Below are positions 39,701 through 54,700 of a stretch of DNA of 64,000 nucleotides, in pieces. Each line of letters starts with the position of its first letter. The first letter of the stretch is position 1. The notes under the pieces were generated by a model. The model saw only the letters and a program-made list of their open reading frames with translations. It did no database searches and was not told the DNA's origin. The DNA comes from Tubiluchus corallicola (taxonomy: Eukaryota; Animalia; Priapulida): assembly GCA_030141605.1 (NCBI GenBank), contig JAQGDQ010000712.1, positions 1 to 64,000 on the forward strand, in the 5' to 3' direction. A program made the translations under genes and the position numbers.

Positions 39701-42700
39701 TTTTTACTAGCTGACAATGTTTTATGAAAAGTTAAGACTTACATCTTGGCATTTCTTGGCCCTCTTTATTAAAAAAACGTGAAGTGCAAAGCAGCTTATC
39801 ATGTTGCACCTGCAAAGAGTACCCGAAATTTGAACACAGGAAAATAAGCGGTGTTGTCACCTGAGCGTTACACCTGAACAGACTGGTCACATGACCAATT
39901 GCAAAACATATTTCCGGTTCAAAATAACGAAATCTTCCACAGTTAACTAAAATACTGAATTCAAAGATTAATGTTGAATCACCCAAGGCAATAGGATTAC
40001 TTTGAAATTCAAGATCCAGAGCAACAAATAGTAGCCCAAAAAGGCAAATTTATGTTCATTTTGTAAATCAACATTTTTGCTTCGATGTTATGAAGGCTTT
40101 TACTCAACCTTTCTCATTGGCGTTCAAGGTTAACAGACTCTTGTAAGTAATGCTTGTAACCAGGGCCAGGTTATCTTGTAGGCTAGTGTAGGATGCAGCT
40201 TAAGGCTCCTGAAACTTTGTGGCCATCAAGCTTTGGTAACATTTGGTAAAAAAATCTGTTTTTTCACTACCGTTGTGTTAAAATATGTGCTAATTCGGCG
40301 TACGATAAATAGCAAAATAGTGATTTTTCTTAAAAGAATATTTTTAATGGCAAACTAAATATAGCTGTTCTAGTTTATTTAAAGAATCTTACTTCAAGCC
40401 ATGCAAAAGCCGCTTAAATATATCACAAGTAAAAAAACATTCAAAATAGGTGCGGGCGAGTTAGAGGTTGGCCCCATAATTAGCGTAGAGGCCCAAAAGG
40501 TCCTGCTTGTAAGTATACATTTTAAGCAGTATTCTGTGTTTATTCTCTTCAAATGAGAATTACAGGCCTCGTCTAGGCAGCAGCCTATGTAGTTAAGCAA
40601 CAATGACTGCTTCTTGGGAATTGGTTGAGTGGAAAAGAGACTGTTGAAGAACTATTCTGACAAAACGTCGCAAAGCATTAATGATCTAGCACTAATTTGA
40701 AATTTGTGCTTTTAAGCTTGAAATTTGCCATGTTTTTTGTTTTGCAGTTATCGTAAAATATTTTTAGTGAACGTGAATTTAATGAACTGAGTTTTATGTG
40801 AGTCAAATTGAGTCGAATTGAGTCAAATTTAGCTTCATATCTTCTGTCGTCATATTATCGTAGTAATAGTGATAATAATATATATATATAAACTTTATTT
40901 ATTTTAAGTGGATTCTCATATAGTAATATTAGTGGTAGAAGTATTTTCACTATGTGCAACAAATGCATTTTAGTTGAGAACAGATATGTACGGTTGGTTA
41001 GTTCAAGAATATAATTACACAAATAGTTAGTTCAAAAATATGGGTAATTCAATAGTTAATGCTTAAATTTGAAATATAAAAAGCGACATTAATAATGTAG
41101 GCAATGATGATGATGATGACAGTTACAACAGTCATGAAAGCATTTATAAACATGTAGAGATGCATTCGTGGCTTTTGAATCTATCAGTGTTTTATCTGTA
41201 TTTTTCAGATGTGCTGTATCATTCGGCAGCCGGTGCCATGTTATCTCAAGTCATTCACTCTATTCTGCTGTTACCCGTTGCATGTATGCGACCGTTACTT
41301 CATGAGCTGCTTTCTCTGCTTCCGCATCTAGACAGATTAAACCGACTGCTTCCGGCTGCCGGACCAGCGGAGGAAGAAGAACTGGGATATCCTGAACACG
41401 GTTTGTTGTTTTTTTTGTTTCTGGATAGCTTGTCTCTTCTTGGCGCATAATTACAATAACCATTGTTTACTGAACTACTGATAGCGGTAAAGAATTGAGA
41501 CTAATTTGTAAAAACCAGAAATGCATCATGTGTCTTAACGTCATTTTTGCGACAGTTTTCCTTGATCTCATCTTTGGTCTCTAATATTATGAATTTTGGT
41601 CTTTCTTGGTCTTAATGCAAAAATCGTTTCGTCTTCTGTTTGCAAATTTCACGTTATTCTTGTTATGTGTAACATTATTTTCTGTTGGATCCCAGTCCGT
41701 CCTGTGACTATGACCAGTGATTTTATACTTTGTGTTTCTCTTCTGCTTTTTATTTGCTGTGTTTCTGCATTTTTTCTACATGCTAGCATTTTTTTAGTGT
41801 GTCTTTATATATTAACAGTATAAATAAAAACTCTCACAAAAATTGTTATTAGTAATTCCATGTGATTTTTTATGTTCTTCTCTTTCACTTTACTAGTGAT
41901 ATACTACAGTGGTAGTTTGAAATTTTGTTTTTTCTTGTTTTTTAATTGTGGGGCTTTTTAATTCATGTGTAACCTTCGTTTTGCAAGTGAAGTACATTAA
42001 ATTTTGTGGTTTTTGTGGTGTTCTTAGTCTTCGGTATGTCTCGAGTTCTTATTCTTTGGTCTCGAGCTTAAGAGAGAGGGCTTTGACATGCAGCCCTGAA
42101 AAGAACTGTTTTTACCATGAAAAGATCTAAACAAAACATTTCAAGTGATCAAAATACCGCGTTGGAATACTATAAAAATGGATGTCTGGACAAGAATTAT
42201 AGCCGACTAGTCATGGCGTGTGCTTACTGCTGAGTTCCGCAAGTTAAGCAATGTTGGGTCTGGAATGGATGATTCCTAAAGTAAATGCTTTTGGGTTGCT
42301 TCTCTACATTACTGCCCCCAGCTATTTACTTGGCTGCCAGATTATGTTTACATATCTGAACACCTCTCTGATGGTGTAGCGTCTCATCTTAGACGAATCA
42401 CATAAGTTCTGGTCTTACCACAGTCGGAAACATTAAGTAGGCCTTGCCGCTGAATCTTGGAGTCTAACTAGCAAAGTGCTGAGCTCTGTAAAGGAAAGAT
42501 ACAAAATCGTGATTAGGACAATAGTTCTTCCTAAGCAGAGCATATGCATTAAAAATGTGAGCTGTATGTGAAGTATTTGAAACTGTGTAGTGTGGATCTT
42601 ACTTGTGTTCTTGCTTGTGATCATTTTTTGCCGCTTTTCATTGCAGAAGCGTTAGACATGAGGTCGAGCCCTGTCAAGGACTGGGTATGGCTGGTGGACC

Positions 42701-45700
42701 TGCAACGTGCCACAGCTCTCCTGGTCGGCAGGTGTCTAGGAGGGATGTTGTTCGGACAGCCACTCTCACAAGCCGAGAAAGATACAAATAGCTGGCTGGC
42801 ATGCAATCTACTGAGCAATGGTTTAGAGTGCAGGGCGGATGAGATAGGTGTGCATAATTTTATTTTTGTTTAACTTTTGTGGCCAAGTAATAGATTTATT
42901 TTCACAAATAAGCTGGTGCTTGTAGTACTTCCCGTGTTGTATTATGTTATGTTACGTTATGTTATGTTATGTTGGCTTGCAATTCATTGCATTGCATTGC
43001 ACTGCATTGCATTGCATTACATTACATTATGACACAAAAATATTGTTATAGAGTTTCTGCTACAATCACAGAACAGTTTTTCATGACTGTGGGAGCTGAG
43101 AGTACCTCATCCTGTATATATTACAGTTTATTGACAAATACAGTATTTTCTACAGTCGTCTAATTTATCTTTATCAAAAACACACATATAACACATTTTG
43201 TCCAGGGACAAGCAAAATGCATCATTACATGAAATATAATTTTAGTGCGATATTAATTATAATCGATATCAATTGTAGAAGTTAAATTAATTAAACATTA
43301 TTATTTCCACAAAATTTATCAAGTTTATACAAATATTTGGCTTTATTTATAGCGTGTTGTGTCATAAAACAATTGATATCTTGAATGTAGCCAGTATATT
43401 AACCCTCAGGACATTCTAACACCACATGACTAAGAGTTTGCACAACATTCAAATCACAAAATTGACATATTCTGCTTTCCCATCCTGTCCTGCTTCACCT
43501 GCCAGTTTTGATTCGTAGGTGGTGATGTCTTAACTCTGAATCTTGAAAGGGTCGGTCAAGTTGGGTTGAACCTACAGTCAAGATGATCTTAGACTAGAAT
43601 CTTTTATGCTTTGGCGTGCGCTTTACAATCACAGGCTGATTGGAGATTTTTTGTAGTCAACATCGGCAGTTTCTGAGCAATTTTTCAACTAAGTAGTACC
43701 AATATGTGTGCTTTAGGTTGAAACTGTTCGTTCTGTCTCGTCTCGTGATGTCTGAAGAATTTAAATCATTTAAATTCTTCAAAAATTAGTCCTTTCAATG
43801 AGGGCTTGTAACAAAATGTTCTGGGCGTGATTTTGACTGTGACTGTTGTGACGTCGTTTCAATCAGTAGCTTTGCTGCTGACCTATTTATATTATTAACA
43901 TTTATTACAAAATCAAGTTTTAATTTTTGTTTTGTGCAGATGTTATATTATCGGAACTGGTGCGATGTCAGGGTGCATACGAGGCGGCCGAGCAGACGTT
44001 CACTCCAGAGATAGCTCTGCTTATTGACCTGGCTCTTGGTGTTAATAGAGAACCGGTTCAAGAACTCTGGAACAGTATGCAAGAACATGCCCAAATGCGC
44101 GGTACCAGATTTATTTTTATCTTCAGTTTCATACACAGAGCTTTTGTATTGTCGTAGATTCAAGTCTGCCTTGCATTTTATTAACTGTTCACTGGACTGA
44201 AAGCGTTTTTATTATTATACTCTTGGGCTGGCATTTTTAGTCAATAAACGATCAGTTAATCAGTCAGTCTGAAGCACAATGGATAAGGCTGTGAACCCTT
44301 TCATTTTGCTTTTGAGGTTGCCGTATCCATAAAGCAGAGTTCATGGCAAGGTTTGACAAATTTTGGGAGCACAGTAACAAAGTATGTGAGCAAAAGACTA
44401 AACATTTATACGCTTTTTTAAGTACTGTAACTGTTTAACCGAAACAAAGCCAATGACTACAAATCATAAGGGCTGAACTTAGGAAACAAACAGTAAGAAT
44501 AAGTGCCAAGAAAAATAGAGTTCTTGAAGAAGTTTCTGAGTATTGTGTAGCTTTTAAAGCATGCAGTGAGAATTTGTTTCTTCACAAACAAGTAGCAATG
44601 CTTTATTATTTGTCACAACTGCAGTGCAACGCTGCTAAATTTTACAAATCTAGTATTTAAAATCACATGTTGATCCATTATATTTTTCATCATGGAGGGG
44701 GAAACCTAGGCTTAATTTAGTTTACAGTAGTTTATTCCACCCATCTCATGCAATATACGTAACAAAATCAATAACAAAAATGGTGCAATACAATTACTTG
44801 GGATGCAGAGAAGTCAAAAGCAAAGTTTGTAAGCCACCCAGTGCTGCCTTAATTAAACATTTAAATTCCTCCGTGCTACATTGTACTGATATGTAGTTCT
44901 ATTGTTTTTGCAAACTGACTCTGAAAAAATGTTTACTATATACAACTGTACATATGAAATTTGTAGACCCATCTAATTTACATAGAATTGCGTAATTCAC
45001 ACACAAATTTATTTTGGGCAATAAAAGTTTCATTTTGTATTATCTAGACTGGGACACAGCAGACGTGATTGCTGAGCCGCTATTGCAAAAAGTTTCTCAC
45101 TTTCTCTTAGCATGTTTGTTAAAACACTGTGGGGTTTTAGGCGTGGCGTTACGAAAACTGAGGTAAGCAGTTGCTAGGACATGCCACTTTGTTTTTTGAA
45201 AACAATTGTTGTAGCTTGTTGATATAGTTTCTGTTGTTGCAGTTTTAATGTTTAGTACTTTTTTCCACAATATTTAATACACGAGACAATCAACTTCATT
45301 GCCATGCCATAGATTTTAATAACAGTTGCTTGACATTGGGGAGAGGGTGTGACTATGCAGTTAAAAGTAGGCGCAATTGGCTTTGAAGATACCATTTGCG
45401 TATGCACTATTAGAGTAATTTCAATGTATTTTGTAAGCTTGTGAACTTTTCTGATTAATTAAAATTGATAATAAGTGAAATTAAACTTACTAATTTGCTC
45501 ATGCGTTTGTGAATCTGTGATCAAGCGACTAAAGTGCTGCTTCTGTTGTTGCTACAGACTACAGACAAATCAAAACTTTTGCCAAATTTCACCTGTTCTC
45601 ATAGTGCCCGGTGGCATAGGTAAGAGGGGAAGTTAACCGAGGAGCGGTTTTCCCCAGCTAGCACTTGATCAAGTGCACAAAAAACTTCTTTCAGAACGTT

Positions 45701-48700
45701 AGAAAGTCAAAATACCTGACAGTTTAATTTTCCAAAAAGCCTTCTGCCTAAAGTTTGGGACAAACGAAGATGATAATTAGTAATTTGATATCTTTGTTAT
45801 GTTTAAGTAGTTACATTAGTTTTCTGTTTTCAATGTTTCTGTGCAGTACACATCTTGATTTAACCATGAAGTACATTTTTATTCACTCTCTCTCTCTCCT
45901 GTGTTAGCATTTGAAGAACTTTCTGAGTATCGTGTAGCTTTTAAAGCGTGCAGTGAGAATTTGTTTCTTCACAAACAAGTAGCAATGCTTTATTATTTGT
46001 CACAACTGCAGTGAAACACTGCTAAATGTTACAAATCTAGTATTTAAAATCACATGTGTATCCGTTATATTTTTCATCACGGAGGGGGGAACCTAGGTTT
46101 AATTTAGTTTACAGTAGTTTATTCCACCCATCTCAAGCAATATACATAACAAAATCAATAACAAAAATGGTGCAATACAATTACTTGGGATGCAGAGAAG
46201 TCAGAAGCAAAGTTTGTAAGCCACCCAGTGCTGCCTTAATTAAACAATTAAATTCCTTTGTGCTACATTGTGCTGATATGGACATTGACACGTCAAATCA
46301 TTAATGTAAGTTAAACATGTATTTGTATGTGTGTATCGACGCCTTATAGTGTAAAGATGCTCTAGGCACAGTGCTCCTTTTTAATAAAGAAAATTATTTC
46401 TTAATCTAAAGAGCACTACAAAATCTGTTGACAGGGAGTTTATGCAATGCCTATCATTAACTGCAGCAGTAACAGAAATCTTCTGGTCACATTGTCTGAA
46501 AATTGTTTTCAAAAGGTGTTTATCTCTTTAGGTTGGGTCCCAGCAAGCAGCTAGTGTTTGTCTACCGCTGCGTGTACCGAGTGAGACGAAAACTTCTTGC
46601 GCTCAAGATATCACAGGAATCGTTGAAATCTCGCAAAGATAAGAAGACTAAAAGTTAGTTTTTTTATTTTAGTTTCTGGAAATTAACACTATGGTCTAAC
46701 ATCACTTTGCGGCATCTCTTTGTTAGACAAATGAGCTATTGTGTTAATTGCTATTTTATTTCATTAATTATTTAGTTTTTGTCGTTTGTGGAAAATATAC
46801 AGGTGTCATAGGTGTTACTGATTGATTGATTGTAAAGTGTGAAAGTTTGTGAGGTTGAATTCTGAGGCTTCGAGTTTGAGCCTCATTGCTGAATAATAGT
46901 TCAGTGTTCCGGCATTGTTTTTTTTTTAAAATTACCTATGGATTACTTGTTGTATGTTTTAAAAAGTAAATTTTTTCTAGCTTTTTAAAATTAAGGTCTA
47001 TCATATTTATTTTATATAATGTGAACTAAAATGTCCATGGTAATAAGTACATTGATGTTTAATATGAAAAAATGGCAAAATATTGAATTGAACCTGCAAC
47101 CTGTTGCACTAATGAGTGATTTGCGTATTTTGAAGGTCAGAAGAGACGTCAAAGTGCCAGATTACAGGTGCAATTGAAGGAACATCGGGGTGAGGAGACA
47201 AGTAAAGAAGAACTGACAGGTAGTTATACAGTTCTTCTAATTTTTATTTTTTTATTTTAACAAGCCTTTTGACAGTTTTGCTATGTGCACGTGCAGTTGC
47301 TGCAGGTCAAAGGTTAACTGAACCCAGCACGTTTTGCTTAACTACAACCGTCATGTGACCTTATACATACAACTACATGTTGGTGAAACGGGTGAAAAAA
47401 ATGTATGATATTTCACTTCTATAGCTTTAAACTAATATATTAGTCTTATCTGAAAACAGGTAGCAAAAGAGCAGCATCAATCTTCGTAAAATGAAATAAA
47501 TGAAACAAAAATTAATGCCAGGAACTAATACGACAGCATAGGCCTCAAGGCATTGTCAGGTGTGAACAAATGTGTTGTCTGGTTCACATAACCTTTGACC
47601 TTTTCACGATCATCAATCGCTGGAATTGTGAAAAGGCTTATTTATTCACATTAGTTTGAAATACGGAAAGTAAATCTGTAAAGCTACAAATAAAATTCAG
47701 GATTCGTTACATTATTTTCGGTGTGAAAAAGTGATTTCTTTTCTCGTTTATGCTTGCATTTGTGGTTTCACTCTGAATTGCTGTTTGGTCATTAGAACTT
47801 CTCTCTTGTTTAATTTAACTTGTATTTATATCTTCTGTAAGATGTTAATATAACAATTTGTGGTGTACTAGCATACAGCTAATATATTAATTTGTAAATT
47901 TATAAATTCATAATTTATTAATTCATAAATTTGTTAACACAAATTTTATAAATATTAATAAGTTGCTGATAAAAAAATGGCTGTGAGCAAAGTAAACCAA
48001 TCGTCGTTAAAATGAAACATGCATCGTTAAGTGAGAAAAAGGTGTCAAATTGGCAGTGTCATTAAAATGAAACATCGCTAAATGGGAAGTCGATAAGCGA
48101 CGACTTCCTGTATCTTTTCAAAATATAATTTAGCATGTGCACTTGCATATGAGAAAGCATTAATTTAAACATTGATTTTCTTTTGCAGTTTTAAATTGAA
48201 AAAAACTGTTCAGCATGACAGTTATGATTTAAGATTTTGAGGAGAACTTAATTAGTGACAACATTTACAGATGATGCTGATGGTGAATTAGACCAGGTGT
48301 TACCTGCCGTGAATACGTATGAGACCACCTGTCAGGCGATCATACAGCGATGTGCGTTTCTGCTCGTGGGGGTGAAGACTGCTCTGCCAGGAGATGAGGA
48401 CATTCTCAGTTCTAAACATCGGTTTCTAACGAAGGATGATGCAGGACGTGGCGAGAATAGAGCATACAATGTCGAGGACCTGGGAAGCCAAGGTTTTGTT
48501 ATGTTACTATGTAGCTAGTAAAAACTGGTGTGCCTGACGGGATCAATTCATAAAAAATTCAGACAGTGACTATTGGAAAGCCTAGTATTTGTTGCACAGA
48601 TTATATTGTCTCTGAGTTGGAGCATATTTAATGTTTTTTTATAAAGTGAACTTTTAATTTTGTAAAGCTACTTTTAATTTGAATGGATCGATTGTTTTTC

Positions 48701-51700
48701 ATCGCAACTTAATGCAAATTAATTTTTAAATAATTTTGGAAGGAGTTTGCAATTCCCCTCACAGTTTTAAAACCCTATCCCTAACCCTAGCATTAACCCT
48801 AACCCTAACCCCAGTCCTAATTGTAACCGTAATCCTAATCCTTGTAACCCTAATCCACTTCACGAACTAATTTCTTGTGCATGACGAATTCTAAACTTTA
48901 GCCATAATTTTTTCTTAAAATTGCCAAAAAGACATCGAAAGTTAGAATTCAAGCCCGTCTTATTAGTCCTGTCGGTGACATGCTCGATCTTAAGGAGGCT
49001 CGGCTTCATTACCGTAGTTTCTTGAACACCCTGGTGACTTGGAGGGAAGAGGATATCTGTTTTGGGCAGTAATTTATCCCATAACAATGCTTGCTGAGTG
49101 CTTTTTAACCAAGTGTGTTTCCAGGAAATTGTAAAAAGTGCTAGAATTGACAGGTTTCTAAACATCGGTCAAAAATCTTACTTAATGGTGTTTAACTGTG
49201 CCAATTGGTTTTTGTATTGATAAGTTACAGTAGTTTTAGGCAGAGTAACGTAGATTTAAATGCCAAACATGCGCATAGAGATAGTGCTAGTCTCACACAT
49301 AAAGTGAAGCCACAGTGGACACCATCATATGGCAAAGAATTGGTGCCATGATGTACAATAGAAAAACTGCATTCGATTGTATGGCAAAAACAGCCCTTTA
49401 GCGACACACGTTTGAAGTATGTTGATTTGTAAGCTAGCAAACTCTCTATACCATTACATGCGGCATCACATTTAAATCTATAGGGTAATGGGAACAAGCA
49501 GAATAAATGTGCTTAGTGGTGCCATCTACAGGAGATTTATTACATTTACTGGAATAAATTTTTTGAATTTTTTATATTTACGTTGGCGTCATTTTTGTAA
49601 CAGTATCAACAGAAAATACATCATTTAAAAATCGATGCCCCCTTTAACTAATTGACTTGGGATGATTGTTTTTGGTCTATTTTTTTAGATGACTCTGGCG
49701 GGCTAAAGTCTAGTCCGTCGACCAGACCACGGGTCAGTCGCAGTTCACACCCTCATCTGGATCTGGAGGAGAACCTTTCTTCGGCATTTCCATTTAATCC
49801 CAAATATTCAGTAAGTCCACTTTCAGTTATTTTCTTTCCCTTTAATTTATAGTTTTATTAAAGGATAGGTAAATATTTTTTAGTACATGCACTCGTCAAC
49901 TTACGATCACAATCGGGACTGTCTGATTGGTCGTAAGCTGAATTGGACGTAAATCGGACCTGTATATTCAAGTAGTGCGACTCTACATGCAAGACTAAGT
50001 ATGGCGGCACCTACGATTAATTTATCGAAACAGATAGCAATTTAAAGTTAATATGAGTTATAGTTGGTTTTGTATAATTAATTAATTAAGTTGCAGTTGT
50101 CGTAATGTCGCATAGGTCGTAAATCTATAACTACAGTAAGTCCTCGCTTAACGACGCTAATGCAATTCAGCAAAATGTGTCACTAAACAAAGCAATGCTT
50201 TCTGTAAGAAATAGTGTAGTTGCTTGCAGGAGAAAAATCAATGACACTTGGCTCATAAATTAAGCACTTTGTAGATTGCTAACAGATCTACATTAAGTAT
50301 TTGTTTAATTAAAATGATTAGCTAGCATCATTACAACAAAACGTCGCTGAGCTGGGCGGCGTTAACCGAGGACTTGGTGTGCTTGTGTTTTGTTAAGTGT
50401 AGCTAAATGTTTTAGTTTTATCGTTTATGGCTATAGCTGCCTTGAAATAACTGATTTTTTTAATTATATTATATTATCACATTTTTACCCCTCCTTACAT
50501 GGACTAATATATGTATATTTATCAATCTATTTTACCTCTCAGATATAACAATTACAACATTACACCAATTACAACAATTTGATAAAGAGAATTTCAAACA
50601 ATACTGTCCACTGAACCAAACTACTGTAAGTCATCATAATTCTTAACTTGTGTGCTATAAAACCCATGCAAGAGAGCAGATGGTATCTGGGAACTCATGT
50701 GAGGTAAATGTAAATGCTGAAAAATCAAATTTTGAGTAAATACCATTGAGTAGTCAAAGTATCCATTCTCACAGTAGTGGCAAAACAGTTCAGGTCTCTT
50801 AATTTGTATATGCACATGCTTAATTATATGACTACTGTTTTAACAAATAATAGTCTTTTCATCATTTATATCATACCATATATGAGTTTCGTTCACTATA
50901 TCACTCCATTCTGAAACACTATTTTTTTCTTTATCACATGGTTCACCTCATAATTTTGAGTTTGTTTTCATTACTTTTTTACTTTCATAGGGTGGGACAA
51001 TCTAACAAGTCCTGCTTTTTGATTGCCTGCAACATATTTACATTTATACATAGGCAAACGTAGTGTGAAGCTTTTCTTGTACAGAAACTAAAAAATTCTT
51101 TTTATTATGTTGATTGTAGGCCTTTTCACTATATTTTGTACATAAAATTATTGCAAATGTGTTATGTGAAATAAATAACTTATGGTATACATCGATTAAT
51201 ATGATTGTATTTTGCACGCCTTCTTAAGTTCTTATTTATGTATCACATCTTCAACACGGTGCTGCTACTACGTTGATTTACTCATCTGTATAGCTTAAAA
51301 TGAGCAAAAATTTTTGCTTTTGCAAATATCTTTGTTTTATGTCAATGCATCTGTAAAGTTCGGTAAAAAGTGGATATTTTTGGCTGATTTGTGATTTATG
51401 TTTTTCTGCTGTACGTGCAATTCTTCAGTATGAGCAAACAGCAAAGTTAACAAATACCTTTTTCTTAATTTAGTATTTTCATTCAGAACTTTCACAGAAT
51501 GTATTCAGTTCCACAAGGTTTGTTGTCTTTTGTATTTACAATTTGATCATGACTGTTGTTTTTTAGCCGAATCATCAGGGTAGCTCGGAAGATGTATCCC
51601 AACAATCTGCTGATTCCAATGGTAATTGCTTTTATGAATTAATTAATTAATGACTTAATAAACTAGCTTTGGCTCATCGTACACTTATAGTAAAGTGCAC

Positions 51701-54700
51701 AATTTCAATAATTTTTATTTCCAATTGAATACTTACTAAATACGGCCGTTGCAGTATGCTTACACGTCTGATCTGCTTGACAAGTAATCATTTATTTCGT
51801 TTACATGTTGTTTATTGTTTTCTTTTGTTAAAGCATAAGAAAACCTTTTCATAAATACAGCTTAAAAATTCTGTTTTGAAAGTTTATATCACTTACTTAC
51901 TGTCTTATTGCATACAGAGCCTGCAATGGCAGTAATGTTGTGTAAAGCTTGTAAATTTAAACTCATTGTAAAAGTCGTTTGAAACTAGTTTAAATAGCAT
52001 TGCGTAAAATTTGAAAAAGTAATCAGAGCATTTGTTGCGCACTCTTCACTAACTAAGCAAAAGTTTAAATTACTTTATATTGTCAGCAAGATGAATAATT
52101 TGTTTTTTGGCAAATGAGTGGTGCACACTGGGATGGTGATGCAGTGCCGTTTTACCAGGTTGTGCAAATTTAAATTATTAAGAATTTTCTTGTCTAGTTA
52201 CATAAGTCTTTCTAGCAAGTAGGCTTAATACTAAGTAATATAACATTGTACGGAAAGTTGTTTAGGATATATATATATGTATGTATATATTAAAATTCCC
52301 TTTTCTTCTCTTCTAATGTTTTATTTAATGAGGTTTTTAGAAACAAGACAAACTATGTTCTGAAGACATGCTGTTTGAGAGCTTAGGTAATTTCACTGAC
52401 AAAACAAAAAATTTCAAGATACCAAAACACTACATGACTGTGCAGAATAGTGAACAAATTTTCATTTTGTAGTTTTCCTTATTTTTAATGCATCTTGCCC
52501 ACTAATTTATCCTGAATATTCAGATGATTGTTTATTTCGTGAGTACTGCTCTACCTGTCCTACAAACTGATTTGTCATGAACTTTGTTAGGCAAGTCCCT
52601 TAATGGCGGCAAATTGACACAACCGTACAGTCTTACCGACTAAAAGCCATACAAGAATCCCATAAGGTGTAGAAAATACAGGGAAGTTTAGTATTAGCAT
52701 ATAAAAAGTTCCCAATGTAACAATGATTATGCCACTGCTGTGTCTAACTTAATTATGTTTCTATAGTTATACGTTTAATGTAATTGATAAAAATTGATGG
52801 GTTTTCCCTCTGTTGTTGATTTTAGGAACGAATTCTCAGTCATTGAAGTCGGTAAAGGAGGCGCTACGGCGACTTCGCTGGCGACAAGACCGAATGGGGC
52901 TTTCAAGTAGTAGCAGTCGTAGCTTTGCCACAACTAATGTGTTTTATAAACTCGCTCATAGGTAAGATGCTTAAATTAAGTAGGAATGTTAAATAATACA
53001 AATTTGGTGTTATAATAATGATACAATATGATACTTTTTTCCAACAATACTATAAGGATATACTATTTTTAGACGATACGATACGATAAATTATTTCGAA
53101 CGATAAAACGGTACTGAATTTAGACAATTTATACAGCAACAGAAAAAGTATCATTAATAATTTAAATTATTAAATGCTTCAATGCATTCAGTGCTGTATA
53201 CTTAAATGGCTGCTAGTTATGAAACACTAGTTTGTTTGTCATAATGATACATAAATAAGTAAACTGCGACTAATGAACATATTACTGCAATAAAAATAAT
53301 TATCTGTATGAGCTGCACATGACTGGGAAAGTGACATTAAAAATAGGATACAGTTACTTGACATCTGTGCGTCAGTATCAAAGTGTGTAAAGGGATCTCT
53401 ATAGATTTGTCAGTATCATTCAAAATGAAGATAGCCGTTATTGCCAGGCAAAAGTACAAGAAAATGATTCCCTCTCTGACAAGCTTATAATTTTAAATAA
53501 TTCTTTTTATCCACTTTTTTGAATAATTATTATAAATAAGTAGAAAAGAAAAGTGAACCAATTTTATGAAGGTAAGTGATAAACAATGTACCTGCCTAAT
53601 TCCATATGATATCTGCTGTCATTGCCACCAACTGTATGTGACGGATTTTCCACTTACATATTTAGTGTGGGGCGAATTATGCATTTATTTCCACCTAGCA
53701 GCCAGGATACCGGATGTAGAACAGTTTAAGGCATCGATGTTATCATTATTGGGTCATAAACTTAAAGCCTGTTCACACCTGCATCTAACTGAGGGTACTT
53801 TACTATTCTGACTCCTAAAACGTAAGATGAAAATAGGAATACGAATTTAGATGCATACAAAATTTATAACAATCATATCAACTGGGTTGCATAACAAAGC
53901 TACAAAATAGCGCAGTTTTACGCAAAGCTAAGGGAGTTAGCAGGGGAGTCCACTTAGTGACCCGAAATGTGAGCTAGTTAGCTAGGTGCAGTCATTGAAA
54001 TACCGGCTACAGTTCTTACTGTGCACATTCAACTTCGTGTGTTATTGACAGTTAGCATAGCAGTTCCAGAGGGCTACCGATGTAATTAACAGGAACGTGA
54101 TACTGGCAATCGTTGCACATGCAAAGAGAGAGAGAGAGAGAAATCTTTCCCAACATAGGTAAAGTCACTGTAGACGTTACTACGCATGCGTCAGGTATCG
54201 GAGATTTTGGCAGGTGAACAGGCAACTTCACTTTTGCACAGGGGTATGTTAGATAGGCCCTTAACACCTAAACTACAATGGCTGTATGTATTTGTCTCAC
54301 ACTTTTCTTTTAACAGACTGTTTTTGTCTTCAAACAGCTTGCTTTTAAATTATGGGAAATTTTTTTTGTTCTTCATAAGAATTGGTTTATGGCAACTTAA
54401 GAAACTGTGTTAATTTGGTAACACATGTTTCATTTCATGCTTTCAGCATAATACAGTTTGTTTGCGATGACGAGACTGTCGATGGTGGTGTGATGTCGGG
54501 GGGTTCCACTGGAGTGTGCACGGAGCCGCATACAGTTGCAGTTGCAATGGAACATCAACAGAGCAGAGCTGAGGTATAAAATGTAAACTGTTTAGATGGT
54601 TTTTAGCAAATATCACTGTCATGGCAACATTAGAGTAGGGGTTGCTGAATGATCATGCTATGTGCAAGGCTACGTAGATTATGCAACACCAGTTCTGGTT

